Below are positions 28,060-37,205 of a stretch of DNA of 64,000 bases, in pieces; the first letter of the stretch is position 1; each line of letters opens with the position of its first letter. The stretch is from positions 3,222 through 67,221 of IMG/VR virus record IMGVR_UViG_3300015265_000205; one strand, given 5' to 3'. The position numbers and the translations under genes were made by a program. The stretch is from a virus. The notes beneath the pieces were generated by a model. The model was not told the origin of the DNA and did not search any database. It saw only the letters and a list, made by a program, of their open reading frames with translations.

Positions 28060-28871
28060 ACGCCGTCGACACACCGCGCTTCATGCAGCTGCTGGCCGAG
28101 ACCTTGGCTGCCTACGGCAAGCCGTTGCCCGAGGCCGCGATGGCGCGCGCCTGGCTGGCCAATCTTGAACCGTACCCGCTGCCCACGGTGGCAGCCGCCT
28201 TGCAGGCCTATCGCGACGAGAACGGCGAATTTGCGCCGGTGCCGGCCGGCATCGCCAAGCGTTGCAAGCTCATGGACGGCCGCCCGGGCGCGGAGGAGGC
28301 ATGGGCTATCGCGCTGACCAGCCAGGACGAAATGGCCAGCGTGGTTTGGACGACCGAGATTGCTGAGGCCTTCCGCATCTGCCGGTCAGTGCTCGACTCC
28401 AGCGGCGCCATCAGCGCCCGCAAGCCGTTCCTGGAGGCCTACGAGCGCATCGTTGCCGCAGCGCGCGCTGCGCGGCACCCGGCCGAGTGGGTGGCGTCCG
28501 TGGGCTGGGACAAGACCCGCCACGTCGAGGTGCTGGGTAATGCGGTGAGGGCAGGGCTCCTTCCGGCGCCGGCCGTGGCAGGCCTGCTGCAGGGCAAGCA
28601 GGACCAGACGCCGGACGACGCCGCGCGCGCCCAGCTTGCCGCCATCAAAAAAATGATTTCCGACGGCGCTGCCGCGAAGGAAGCGGCGCGCTTGGAGCGC
28701 GTCGAGCAGCAGCGCCTGGCGGACGAAGAATTCAAACGGTCGACCGCTAAGCGCGTGCAGCTTTACCTAGCTGACGGCAGAAATGCACCTGGCCCGGCAA
28801 GCGCGAATGCTGCTCAGGATTTGCCAGAGGCACCGCCGCACTGCGCAAGGGCCATGACCGCTACGAAGTGA
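28056..28871 (+). CDS. Replication partner protein (P / helicase-loader-inhibitor-like)
   Basis: Follows the initiator; FAPVPAGI, DGRPGAEEAW. Confidence 0.7.
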   Translation: MNAVDTPRFMQLLAETLAAYGKPLPEAAMARAWLANLEPYPLPTVAAALQAYRDENGEFAPVPAGIAKRCKLMDGRPGAEEAWAIALTSQDEMASVVWTTEIAEAFRICRSVLDSSGAISARKPFLEAYERIVAAARAARHPAEWVASVGWDKTRHVEVLGNAVRAGLLPAPAVAGLLQGKQDQTPDDAARAQLAAIKKMISDGAAAKEAARLERVEQQRLADEEFKRSTAKRVQLYLADGRNAPGPASANAAQDLPEAPPHCARAMTATK

Positions 28872-28907
28872 CGTACCCATCAGAAAAAACGGCTTAAAAG
28901 GCTTTAA

Positions 28908-29243
28908 ATGAAAAATCAAGAAAACAAAATCGCAGCAAACAAACGCCTGGCCGAGCTGCTGGGCTGGACCAGCATTGTCGAGGTGGGTGGCGCCCTGGTC
29001 GGCACGCCGTCGGCGGGCGCCGCCGCAAGTCGCGGCCAGGCGCTGGTACCGGACTGGCTGGGCGACTGGGCGGCGGCCGGGCCGCTGCTTGCGCGGTTCG
29101 AAATTTACCCGATGTTCATGTCGACCTATGTCGGCGCAGGCGGCGCCGTCGAGCTTTATTCGGTCCATGGCGGCGACCGTGACGCGGCCGTACGGTTTGC
29201 CATCGTCAAGGCGGCAATGCTTCACCTGGAGCATGCGCAATGA
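28908..29243 (+). CDS. NinX-like hypothetical protein
   Basis: PDWLGDWAAAGPLL..AIVKAA pattern. Confidence 0.55.
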   Translation: MKNQENKIAANKRLAELLGWTSIVEVGGALVGTPSAGAAASRGQALVPDWLGDWAAAGPLLARFEIYPMFMSTYVGAGGAVELYSVHGGDRDAAVRFAIVKAAMLHLEHAQ

Positions 29244-29587
29244 TGGCCCGTGGCTTGCAAGCGCTGGGCCGCCTCAAGGTCGGCGCCATGAACCAGACGG
29301 AGGCGGCCTACGCCAGGACGCTGGAGCTGCGCAAGGCCGCCGGCGAGGTGGCCTGGTACAAGTTCGAAGGCCTGAAATTCCGCCTGGCCGACAACACTTT
29401 TTACACGCCGGATTTTGCCGTGCAGCTGGCCGACGGCGCGCTGGAGGCGCACGAAGTGAAGGGGTACTGGCAAGAGGATGCGCGCGCGAAGATCAAGATC
29501 GCGGCCGACATGTACCCGCTGCGCTTCATTGCCGTGCAGGCGCTGCCGAAGAAGGCGGGCGGGGGCTGGAAAGTGGAGGAATTCTGA
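29240..29587 (+). CDS. DUF1064-like PD-(D/E)XK nuclease
   Basis: MNQTEAAY..YTPDF..HEVKG. Confidence 0.8.
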   Translation: MMARGLQALGRLKVGAMNQTEAAYARTLELRKAAGEVAWYKFEGLKFRLADNTFYTPDFAVQLADGALEAHEVKGYWQEDARAKIKIAADMYPLRFIAVQALPKKAGGGWKVEEF

Positions 29588-30012
29588 TGGCTGCGAACAA
29601 GAAGCCGCGCAAGCGGTACATCCCGAAGCCAGCCGTGCTGCCGGCCGGGCTGCGCGCAGACCTCGCATTCGAAATGCCTGGCTTCCAGGCCAGTGAGGCG
29701 ATGGGGAAGGGGCACTTCCAGGAGCAGCACGTCTACGACCTGCTGAGCAACGCCGATATGGCGCGCCGCATTGCGCCAGCTGGCCATGCCATCCTCCCGG
29801 TGGCCCAGGCCATGGTCGAGGCGATTGCCGAAATCCAGGCGCGCGCCCAGCGCACGGGCACCTTCGGCGTCAACGGCGACGAAATGCGCGTGCTGCGCGA
29901 TGGCGTCGGCAAGACGATGGTCTTCCTGCGCGGCGTACCGAACGTCGCAATTGCGCGCGCTGGCCTTGCAGCCGTGCGCGAATTCAACCGGACCGGCGTG
30001 CTGCGTGTGTGA
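29587..30012 (+). CDS. Hypothetical protein
   Basis: MAANKKPRKRYIPK; TGATG coupling. Confidence 0.7.
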   Translation: MAANKKPRKRYIPKPAVLPAGLRADLAFEMPGFQASEAMGKGHFQEQHVYDLLSNADMARRIAPAGHAILPVAQAMVEAIAEIQARAQRTGTFGVNGDEMRVLRDGVGKTMVFLRGVPNVAIARAGLAAVREFNRTGVLRV

Positions 30013-30089
30013 GCGGCCCCGAGGAGTGGCAGGGCTGGCACAGGGCTAAAAAGGGTGTTAACGTTGGCATACAAAATGAAAGGCAAGAC

Positions 30090-30632
30090 ATGGGCTTTAC
30101 AGACCGCTACATCGCATCGATAGGTTCGAGCAACCTGATGGACGACGCGCAGCACCATCAGACGGACCCGCTGGCAGCCGCGGCGCTGGCCGGTGACATC
30201 GGTGCGCTGCTGTGCCGCGTGAAGTACGCAGACGGCACGCTCAACCGGATGTTCGAGGGCAACCAGCAGAACCTGGCGCAGCTGCTGCGTATCTGGACTG
30301 CAGAAGTCATCCGGCGCGGCCGGGCGCGCCGCTGGCTGCCGGAAAACACGGCCTGGGACGCGCAGTCGGCGCAGGCGCTGTATCACCGTGTGGCCGAGAA
30401 GTCGCTGGCGCACTGGCTCGATGGCAAGTGCAAGGGCTGCAGCGGCACCGGCGTCAAGGTGCTGCTGGGGAATGGACAGTGCACGTCGTGCAAGGGAACC
30501 GGCGTGGCGCCAGTGTACGGCGTGGCTGGCTTGGAGCTGGAGCGGGTCAAGGACATGGTGAGCGAGCTGAGCGCCATTTACGACAGCCATTCTGGCCGGG
30601 CAGGCGGTCTGTTACGCGGCGGAGATATGTAG
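30090..30632 (+). CDS. Q-like late antiterminator
   Basis: CKGCSGTG...CTSCKGTG zinc finger; last early gene before the late promoter. Confidence 0.7.
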   Translation: MGFTDRYIASIGSSNLMDDAQHHQTDPLAAAALAGDIGALLCRVKYADGTLNRMFEGNQQNLAQLLRIWTAEVIRRGRARRWLPENTAWDAQSAQALYHRVAEKSLAHWLDGKCKGCSGTGVKVLLGNGQCTSCKGTGVAPVYGVAGLELERVKDMVSELSAIYDSHSGRAGGLLRGGDM

Positions 30633-30655
30633 TGCAGGTTTTCTTTAAGCCTGTG

Positions 30656-30695
30656 TTTACAAACAGTATTTCTGCGGTATACTTCAGACCATAAT
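30656..30695 (+). promoter_or_regulatory. pR'-like late promoter with sigma-dependent pause element
   Basis: TTTACA-N16-TATACT, then a -10-like CATAAT at about +1..+6. Confidence 0.7.
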
Positions 30696-30836
30696 TCAAG
30701 AAAATTCTTCCGGAAATCGTAATGTGCGCATCGCGCCACCGATAGCTGGAACTCGCGACAGTACCCGGACCCAGCGCCGTACCTGCACGCCTTGAATTTG
30801 CCGCTCACCACGCACTATGGCCGTGGGAGCAAGCCA

Positions 30837-30868
30837 AGCCCGACGCGCAAGCGACTCGGGCTTTTTTC
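30837..30868 (+). terminator. tR'-like intrinsic terminator
   Basis: AGCCCGA...TCGGGCT hairpin plus T-tract. Confidence 0.75.
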
Positions 30869-30873
30869 ATTGA

Positions 30874-31107
30874 TTATGTTTTGTGTATTGCAAAAACTGC
30901 TAAACGCCACTGGATTGGTTGATTTGCAGGGTGCTGCGCATGAATTTGCGGTGGCAGGATGTGCCCTTTAGCAATTCCGATTTCATGACCACATCCATCG
31001 CAACGATAGATGCCCGCGTCCGGAGCTGCAATGCCTGGGTTGTGCAGTAGGTCAAACGCCCTATGGTCAATCTTCGAAACAAACTGATCATATTTAAAGC
31101 TAGCCAT
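30874..31107 (-). CDS. Small zinc-ribbon moron (YjzC / 'protein L'-like)
   Basis: APDAGIYRCDGCGHE..LPPQ.H; GGAGGG RBS; AT-rich. Confidence 0.75.
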   Translation of the reverse strand: MASFKYDQFVSKIDHRAFDLLHNPGIAAPDAGIYRCDGCGHEIGIAKGHILPPQIHAQHPANQPIQWRLAVFAIHKT

Positions 31108-31435
31108 TGATTCCCTCCGTTTGAGTTGATGAAAAGTGTATTGGTTTATGCCAACTTCTTATTATTGCACATTGTCGCTTTGAAATTTTTAAATGATAAC
31201 AATTGCATTTTCTTGCCTCACTGGCGCAACCTGTATCCATACAGCAACAGCGACATCGTGCGCGATGAAGCAAAATTCGCAGGCATTTAGACCGCGAACA
31301 CGCTGAGCCGCAGCGCTTGTCGGCTGATGACTCGAAGGTAGTCATGTAAGCCGACCGGCCAGCAGGTTTGCTGCTGTGTGGCTGACGCGCGGACCTGACG
31401 GCTTGAAAGCTGCATAAGGTCACCGGTTCGATTTC

Positions 31436-31509
31436 GCGGGTGTAGCTCAATGGCAGAGCGGAAGCCTTCCAAGCTTTCCACGCGGGTTCGATTCCCGCCG
31501 CCCGCTCCA
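31436..31509 (+). tRNA. tRNA-Gly(TCC)
   Basis: Full cloverleaf GCGGGTG..GCTC/GAGC..GAAGC-CTTCCAA-GCTTT..GCGGG-TTCGATT-CCCGC..TCCA. Confidence 0.93.
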
Positions 31510-31587
31510 AATTCTCCTTGCCCGGTACGCTGGGTTTCGCCGCTGGCCGCATCACTGCGCTGGCGGTTTTTCTATTTGAGGTGCTGC

Positions 31588-31734
31588 ATGTTCGATATCG
31601 ACTTCCGCCGGATGATTATCACCATCGCGTTGGCGGGCGCCGTGATCGGTGGTACCGTCGTCGCGCTCATGCTGCTGGCTTGGCCCTGGCTGTGGGCCAT
31701 CGCCAAGCCAGCGCTGCACGCCTGGACGACCTAA
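31588..31734 (+). CDS. Small membrane protein
   Basis: GAGG RBS; hydrophobic MIITIALAGAVIGGTVVALMLLAWPWLW. Confidence 0.55.
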   Translation: MFDIDFRRMIITIALAGAVIGGTVVALMLLAWPWLWAIAKPALHAWTT

Positions 31735-31875
31735 CACTTGCGACTGCCAGCGCGCTCCAGTGGCAGGGCTTACAAAACGGGCGCAGCTCACCGACGTAGC
31801 AAAGATCCAGAGGACTCCAGCCGCGATGCACCGCGGCGCCTGCTGGGGGCGGGCGGTGGCACAACGAAAGCAGTC

Positions 31876-32121
31876 ATGCAGAAAATTCAACACCCATCGA
31901 ATAACGGCGTGCTCGGTGCGCCTGCCGGCTGGGACCAGGCCGAGTTGCCGTGTGGCGCTCTGCCGATCACGCGCACGCACGTTGGCGATCTGCCTGCAGT
32001 GGTGTCGTATTGGCGCCCAAGCGCCGAGGAGCTGGCCGTGCTGAATGCCGGCGGCTCTATCGCGCTTTGGGTGCTGGGCGCGACCATGCCGCCGGTCAAT
32101 TTAAGCATCGAAGGCGCGTGA
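31876..32121 (+). CDS. Conserved small phage protein
   Basis: LGAPAGWD..CGALP..SYWRPSAEELAVLNAGG..PPV. Confidence 0.75.
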   Translation: MQKIQHPSNNGVLGAPAGWDQAELPCGALPITRTHVGDLPAVVSYWRPSAEELAVLNAGGSIALWVLGATMPPVNLSIEGA

Positions 32122-32122
32122 G

Positions 32123-32212
32123 ACACTACATTTAGTAGGTGACGAGCGAAAGTGTCAAAAATCACCGGGATGAGACCGCCAGAATTACCGTCAAACACTA
32201 CATCTAGTAGGT
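32123..32212. promoter_or_regulatory. Two NrdR-box-like 18-bp direct repeats
   Basis: ACACTACATTTAGTAGGT (32123-32140) and ACACTACATCTAGTAGGT (32195-32212). Confidence 0.6.
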
Positions 32213-32216
32213 CGGA

Positions 32217-32858
32217 ATGAAGAAAAACCGAAATTCCGCTGCGCCCACCTCAGCGCGCCCGATGCCACCGCCCGAGTTCGCCGACCCGCTGAACAACCGT
32301 TACATCCCCGCGCCCGAGGTGCTCAAGTGGGCGCGCGCAACCATCCTCCCCGAAGGCGGCGAGCTCTACAACGAAGACCACGCCCACCTGGAATATGTCG
32401 ACGTACAGTTCCTGTGGGCGCCTGGCAGCTTCCAGAAGCAAGGGCGCACCGTGCTGGGCCAGTGCGAGGAAATGACGTTCCGCTGTGGGCCGTGGCAGAA
32501 AGGCCGCCAGCAACAGCAGATGGCCGACTGGTTCGGCGCGGTGCCGGACTTCCTCATTACCCTGGACGCATCATATTGCCTGACCTGCAGCGACGCCGAA
32601 TTCTGCGCGCTGCTCGAGCACGAGCTTTATCACATCAGCCAGGAGCAGGATGAATTCGGCGCGCCGGCCTTCAACAAGTACGGTCTGCCGAAGCTGTGCA
32701 TGCGCGGCCATGACGTCGAAGAGTTTGTCGGCGTGGTCCGGCGCTACGGCGCAAGCGAGGACGTGCAGCGCATCATCGACGCGGCAAAGACGGCGCCAGA
32801 AGTGGCGAAAATCAACATAGCGAGGGCGTGCGGAACGTGTCTGCTGAAGGCCGCGTAG
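32217..32858 (+). CDS. Putative phage metallopeptidase
   Basis: HELYH and GHDVEEF motifs. Confidence 0.85.
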   Translation: MKKNRNSAAPTSARPMPPPEFADPLNNRYIPAPEVLKWARATILPEGGELYNEDHAHLEYVDVQFLWAPGSFQKQGRTVLGQCEEMTFRCGPWQKGRQQQQMADWFGAVPDFLITLDASYCLTCSDAEFCALLEHELYHISQEQDEFGAPAFNKYGLPKLCMRGHDVEEFVGVVRRYGASEDVQRIIDAAKTAPEVAKINIARACGTCLLKAA

Positions 32859-32888
32859 GCTTTACGTTGCTTTACAGGAAACTAAAAC

Positions 32889-33350
32889 ATGGCCGCACTC
32901 AAGGACGAGGTGAAGCTGTACATCGTCAACGCGCTGGCCTGTTTCGACTCGCCCACGCAGGTGTCGATAGCGGTAAAAGAGGAATTCGAGCTCGATGTGA
33001 GTCGCCAGCAGGTGTCCTGCTACGACCCGAATACCTACGTCGGTAGGAACCTGAGCCAGAAATGGCGGACGATTTTTGAAGAGACGCGCGCCAAGTTCCG
33101 CGCCACTGCCGAGGAAATCCCAATCGCCAGTAAGGCATTCCGCCTGCGTGGCCTGGGCCGCCTGGCGCAGAAGGCCGAGAACATGCGGAACTTGCCGCTG
33201 GTGGCCAGCCTCTATGAGCAGGCCGCCAAGGAAGTGGGCGACATCTACGTGAACAAGGGCAAGGCCGAGCCGGCCGACCAGGCGCCCACACCTGTCGCCA
33301 TCACCTTCGGCGTGAAAGACGCCAAGCGCCATGACGACAATCCAGTTTGA
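32889..33350 (+). CDS. terS: Terminase small subunit (DUF2280)
   Basis: IVNALACFDSPTQV..YDP..IPIASKAFRLR..EQAAKEVG. Confidence 0.85.
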   Translation: MAALKDEVKLYIVNALACFDSPTQVSIAVKEEFELDVSRQQVSCYDPNTYVGRNLSQKWRTIFEETRAKFRATAEEIPIASKAFRLRGLGRLAQKAENMRNLPLVASLYEQAAKEVGDIYVNKGKAEPADQAPTPVAITFGVKDAKRHDDNPV

Positions 33351-34617
33351 CCTGAACGTCCCGCAAGCGAGCTTCCTGCAGCTGCCGCACAAGTTCAAGG
33401 CCTACGTGGCCGGGTTCGGCTCGGGCAAGACGTTTGTGGGCTGCGCCGGCATCTGCGCCCACTTTTGGCAATGGCCAGGCATCAACCAGGGCTACTTCGC
33501 GCCGACCTATCCGCAGATTCGCGACATCTTCTATCCCACGATGGAGGAGGTGGCCTACGCGATGGGCCTGCGCATCAAGGTGAAGCAGGGCGACCACGAA
33601 GTCGAGGTGTACGAGGGCCGCCGGTACCGTGGCACGGTCATCTGCCGCTCGATGGAGAAGCCGGAAACCATCGTTGGCTTCAAGATCGGCCACGCGCTGA
33701 TCGATGAACTGGACGTGATGCCGCTGAAGAAGGCGCAGACGGCCTGGCGCAAGATCATCGCCCGTATGCGCTACAAGGTGCCGGGCTTGATGAACGGCAT
33801 CGACGTGACGACGACGCCCGAGGGCTTCAAGTTCGTCTACCAGCAGTTCGTGAAGGCCATCCGGGATAAGCCGGAGCTGGCCAGCCTGTACGGCCTGATC
33901 CAGGCCAGCACGTTCGACAACGAGCTGAACCTGCCAGACGACTATATCCCGTCGCTGATGGCCAGCTACCCGCCGGCGCTGATCGACGCTTACCTGCGTG
34001 GCAAGTTCACCAACCTGACCAGCGGCAGCGTGTACGCTGATTTCGACCGCGCGCTGAACCACACGAACGAGATCATCCTGCCCGGCGAGCCGCTGATGGT
34101 GGGGCTGGACTTCAACGTCCAGAACATGACCGCCTGCGTCAACGTGGTGCGCGATGGCCTGCCACGCACGCTGGCCGAGCGCGTGCAGGTGCGCGACACG
34201 CCAGCCATGGCCAGGATCCTGAAGGAAGACTTCAAGGACAAGGGCCACCAGGTGAAGATTTTCCCGGATGCGTCCGGGCAGAACACCAGCAGCAAGAACG
34301 CCAGCGAGTCCGACCTGTCCATTTTGCGCCAGGCGGGATTCCTGCTCGAAGTGAACCACTCAAACCCTGCGGTCAAGGACCGGGTCAACGCCTACAACGG
34401 TATGATCCTGAACGCCCAGGGCGAGCGCCGCTGGAAGATCAACACCGACCAATGCCCGACGACGACCGAGGCGCTGGAGCAGCAGGTGTGGGGCGCCGAC
34501 GGCCAGCCAGACAAGAAATCTGGCCATGACCACCCGAATGACGCGAACGGCTACTTCCTCGTGAAGCGCTACCCGATCGTGAAGAGCACGACGACCACCG
34601 CGCCGCTGCGCATGTAA
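33331..34617 (+). CDS. terL: Terminase large subunit
   Basis: AGFGSGKT, IDELD, GLDFN, DHPNDA. Confidence 0.93.
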   Translation: MTTIQFDLNVPQASFLQLPHKFKAYVAGFGSGKTFVGCAGICAHFWQWPGINQGYFAPTYPQIRDIFYPTMEEVAYAMGLRIKVKQGDHEVEVYEGRRYRGTVICRSMEKPETIVGFKIGHALIDELDVMPLKKAQTAWRKIIARMRYKVPGLMNGIDVTTTPEGFKFVYQQFVKAIRDKPELASLYGLIQASTFDNELNLPDDYIPSLMASYPPALIDAYLRGKFTNLTSGSVYADFDRALNHTNEIILPGEPLMVGLDFNVQNMTACVNVVRDGLPRTLAERVQVRDTPAMARILKEDFKDKGHQVKIFPDASGQNTSSKNASESDLSILRQAGFLLEVNHSNPAVKDRVNAYNGMILNAQGERRWKINTDQCPTTTEALEQQVWGADGQPDKKSGHDHPNDANGYFLVKRYPIVKSTTTTAPLRM

Positions 34618-34631
34618 CAACAAGGATTTCC

Positions 34632-35996
34632 ATGACCGATGTACGCACACAATCAGCCGAAGCGGCCAAGCTGAACGAGGATTGCGCGCTGATCGCCGCG
34701 CTGCTGGGCGGCACAAAGACCATGCGGGCGGCCGGCAGGAAGTATCTGCCGCAGTGGCCGGGTGAGGACAGCGAAAGCTACGATCTGCGCCTGGCCGTCG
34801 CCACACTGTTTCCAGCCTACGCCCGCACCATCGACGTGCTGTCGGCCAAGCCATTCAGCAAGCCGGTGACGCTGGGCGAGGATGTGCCGGAACGGATCAA
34901 GCCATGGCTGCAAGATGTCGACCTGTCTGGCCGTGACCTGCATAGCTTCCTGTCGGAAATTACCCAGGAGGCGATGGGCTATGGCTTCGCTGGCATCCTG
35001 GTCGACTTCCCCAAGGCAGGAAATCTGGTCACGAAGGCGGACGAGCAGGCCGCTGGCGTGCGCCCGTACTTCGTCCAGGTGCACGTGCAGAACGTCCTGG
35101 GCTGGCTGCCGAAGAATGCGACCAGTCTTGACGGGCTGACCCAGCTGCGGTTGCTGGAAAGCGTGTCCGAGCCGAATGGCGACTTCGACACCAAGGAAAT
35201 CGAGCAAGTGCGCGTCCTGGGGCGCGGCACCTGGCAGACTTGGCGCCAGCGCGATACGGCTGGCAAAAAGGACTGGGTGCTGCACGAGGAGGGGGCCACC
35301 TCGCTGAAACGCATCGCATTCGTGCCCGTCTACGGCAAGCGACTGGGCTACATGCAGGCCACGCCGCCGCTGCTCGAGCTGGCGCATAGCAACGTCGAGC
35401 ACTGGCAGAGCAAGAGCGACCAGCAGAATATCCTGCACGTCGCGCGCGTACCGATCCTGTTTGCCAAGATGCTGGGCGAGGGCGGTATCACGGTCGGCGC
35501 CGGCAGCGCGGTCAAGTCCGAATCGCCAGAAGGCGACCTGAAATTCGTGGAACACGGCGGCAAGGCTATCGAGGCCGGCCGTCTGTCCATCCTCGATCTG
35601 GAAGACCGCATGCGCCAGGCCGGCGCCGAACTGCTGGTGATCAAGCCGGGCAACGTGACCGAATCGCAGACCCTGGCCGACAACGAGCAGGGCGCATGCG
35701 CGCTGCAGAAGATCGCGGGCAACGTCGAGGATGCAGGCGACCAAGCGCTGCAGTTCATGGCTGAATGGGTGGGCGAGGCCGAAGGTGGCCATATCACCAT
35801 TTTCAAGGACTTCGGCGCCGCTTCGCTGGCCGAGGCCAGTGCCGAGCTGCTGCTCAAGAGTGCCGCCAGCGGGAAAATCTCGGGCGAGACGTACTTCAAC
35901 GAGCTGCAGCGCCGCGGCATCCTGTCGCCGGACCTGGACTGGGAGACGGAGCAGGAGCGCATCCAGTCGGCTCCGCCCGACTTGGTGGGGGCATAA
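34632..35996 (+). CDS. Portal protein (DUF4055)
   Basis: Position after terL; GRKYLPQWP.E..SYDLRL, PPLLELA. Confidence 0.88.
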   Translation: MTDVRTQSAEAAKLNEDCALIAALLGGTKTMRAAGRKYLPQWPGEDSESYDLRLAVATLFPAYARTIDVLSAKPFSKPVTLGEDVPERIKPWLQDVDLSGRDLHSFLSEITQEAMGYGFAGILVDFPKAGNLVTKADEQAAGVRPYFVQVHVQNVLGWLPKNATSLDGLTQLRLLESVSEPNGDFDTKEIEQVRVLGRGTWQTWRQRDTAGKKDWVLHEEGATSLKRIAFVPVYGKRLGYMQATPPLLELAHSNVEHWQSKSDQQNILHVARVPILFAKMLGEGGITVGAGSAVKSESPEGDLKFVEHGGKAIEAGRLSILDLEDRMRQAGAELLVIKPGNVTESQTLADNEQGACALQKIAGNVEDAGDQALQFMAEWVGEAEGGHITIFKDFGAASLAEASAELLLKSAASGKISGETYFNELQRRGILSPDLDWETEQERIQSAPPDLVGA

Positions 35997-37082
35997 ATGG
36001 GGGCGCTCGAAGAGTGGATTGCCGAGCTGTTCCTCGTGCATTCCCTGAATCTGCAGCGTTTTTCTGCGGACGTACAAGGCAAGATCGTTGCGCTGATGGG
36101 CGCCTTGTCGAAGGAGCTCGCGGGCAAGTTGGGCGAGGGCGAGGTGTCGAGCTATGGCAAACAGCGGCTGGCTGCGCTGCTGCGCGAATCGAATGCGGTG
36201 ATTTCCTCGCATTACAGTGGCATGGAAGCGGAAGCCATGCGCAACCTGCTGGGCATGACGCGCATCGAGGCGGACTACACTGCCAAGGTGTTGGCGCAGG
36301 GTCTCAAGATTGAGTTGGGCGCCAAGCTTCCGCCGGCCACTTACCTCGAAAAGCTGGTCGGCGACACCTTGATCAAGGGGGCCTCGTCAGCCAGCTGGTG
36401 GAAGCGCCAGGAGCTGGCCACGCAGTTCAAGTTTGCTGACCAGGTGCGGCTCGGTGCTGCACAGGGCGAAACGACGTCACAGATTGTGGCGCGAGTTATC
36501 GGCACCAGTGCCAAGGCCGCCGGCGGCGATGCGGAGGTCATGCCCGGCATCTTAAAGACGTCCGAGGCGAACGCCCGCGCGCTGGTGCACAGTTCGGTGC
36601 AGGCCGTGGCCAACGCCGCGCGGCTTGCCAGCTTCCAGGCGAATGCCGACCTGATCGAGTGCCTGGTGTGGCTGGCCACCTTGGATTCGCACACATGCTT
36701 GCTGTGCGCTGTTCGTGATCAAATGGAATATACGCTGGACGATCAGGAGCCGATTGGGCATACGCATGAATGGGCGGGCGGCCCGGGAGCCATCCATTTC
36801 AGTGACCGCTGCGTGCTCAGCACGCGCACCAAGTCTTTCAAGGACTTGGGTATCGAACTGGACGAGCCGGGCGAGAGCACGCGACCCAGCGACGGCGGTG
36901 CGGTCAGCAGCAAGATGAACTTCGCCAGCTTCCTGGCCAGCAAGGACAAGGCCTGGCGGGCCGAGTACTTGGGCCCGGGCCGTGCCGAGATGTACGAGGC
37001 GGGCAAAATCACGCTGAATGACTTGATGAACCTCAAGGGCAGGAAGCTGACGCTGGAGCAGCTGCAGGCGAAGTACAAATAG
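35997..37082 (+). CDS. Minor head / head morphogenesis protein (SPP1 gp7-like)
   Basis: WLATLDSHTC..C..HFSDRC motif. Confidence 0.82.
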   Translation: MGALEEWIAELFLVHSLNLQRFSADVQGKIVALMGALSKELAGKLGEGEVSSYGKQRLAALLRESNAVISSHYSGMEAEAMRNLLGMTRIEADYTAKVLAQGLKIELGAKLPPATYLEKLVGDTLIKGASSASWWKRQELATQFKFADQVRLGAAQGETTSQIVARVIGTSAKAAGGDAEVMPGILKTSEANARALVHSSVQAVANAARLASFQANADLIECLVWLATLDSHTCLLCAVRDQMEYTLDDQEPIGHTHEWAGGPGAIHFSDRCVLSTRTKSFKDLGIELDEPGESTRPSDGGAVSSKMNFASFLASKDKAWRAEYLGPGRAEMYEAGKITLNDLMNLKGRKLTLEQLQAKYK

Positions 37083-37099
37083 AATTTTTCATACCAACG

Positions 37100-37132
37100 A
37101 AGGCCGCACGGGCAACCAGGCGGCCTTTTTTA
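37100..37132 (+). terminator. Intrinsic terminator
   Basis: AAGGCCGC...GCGGCCTTTTTT. Confidence 0.7.
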
Positions 37133-37205
37133 TTGCCGCAAGCGGACGCGACGCGGCGCACGGCCGGAAGGCCATTGATAGGGCGGATGCCCGGAAAGAA
37201 CGACC

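Noticed and set aside
31231-31244. CTGTATCCATACAG as a LexA box
   Set aside because: The spacer is 6 nt, not the required 8
31324-31410. Hammerhead ribozyme (CTGATGA...GAAA)
   Set aside because: CTGATGA is paired in a hairpin, and no stem II-GAAA / stem III-UH arrangement could be built
32123-32212. Mini CRISPR array
   Set aside because: Only two 18-bp copies, a 54-bp spacer and no cas genes
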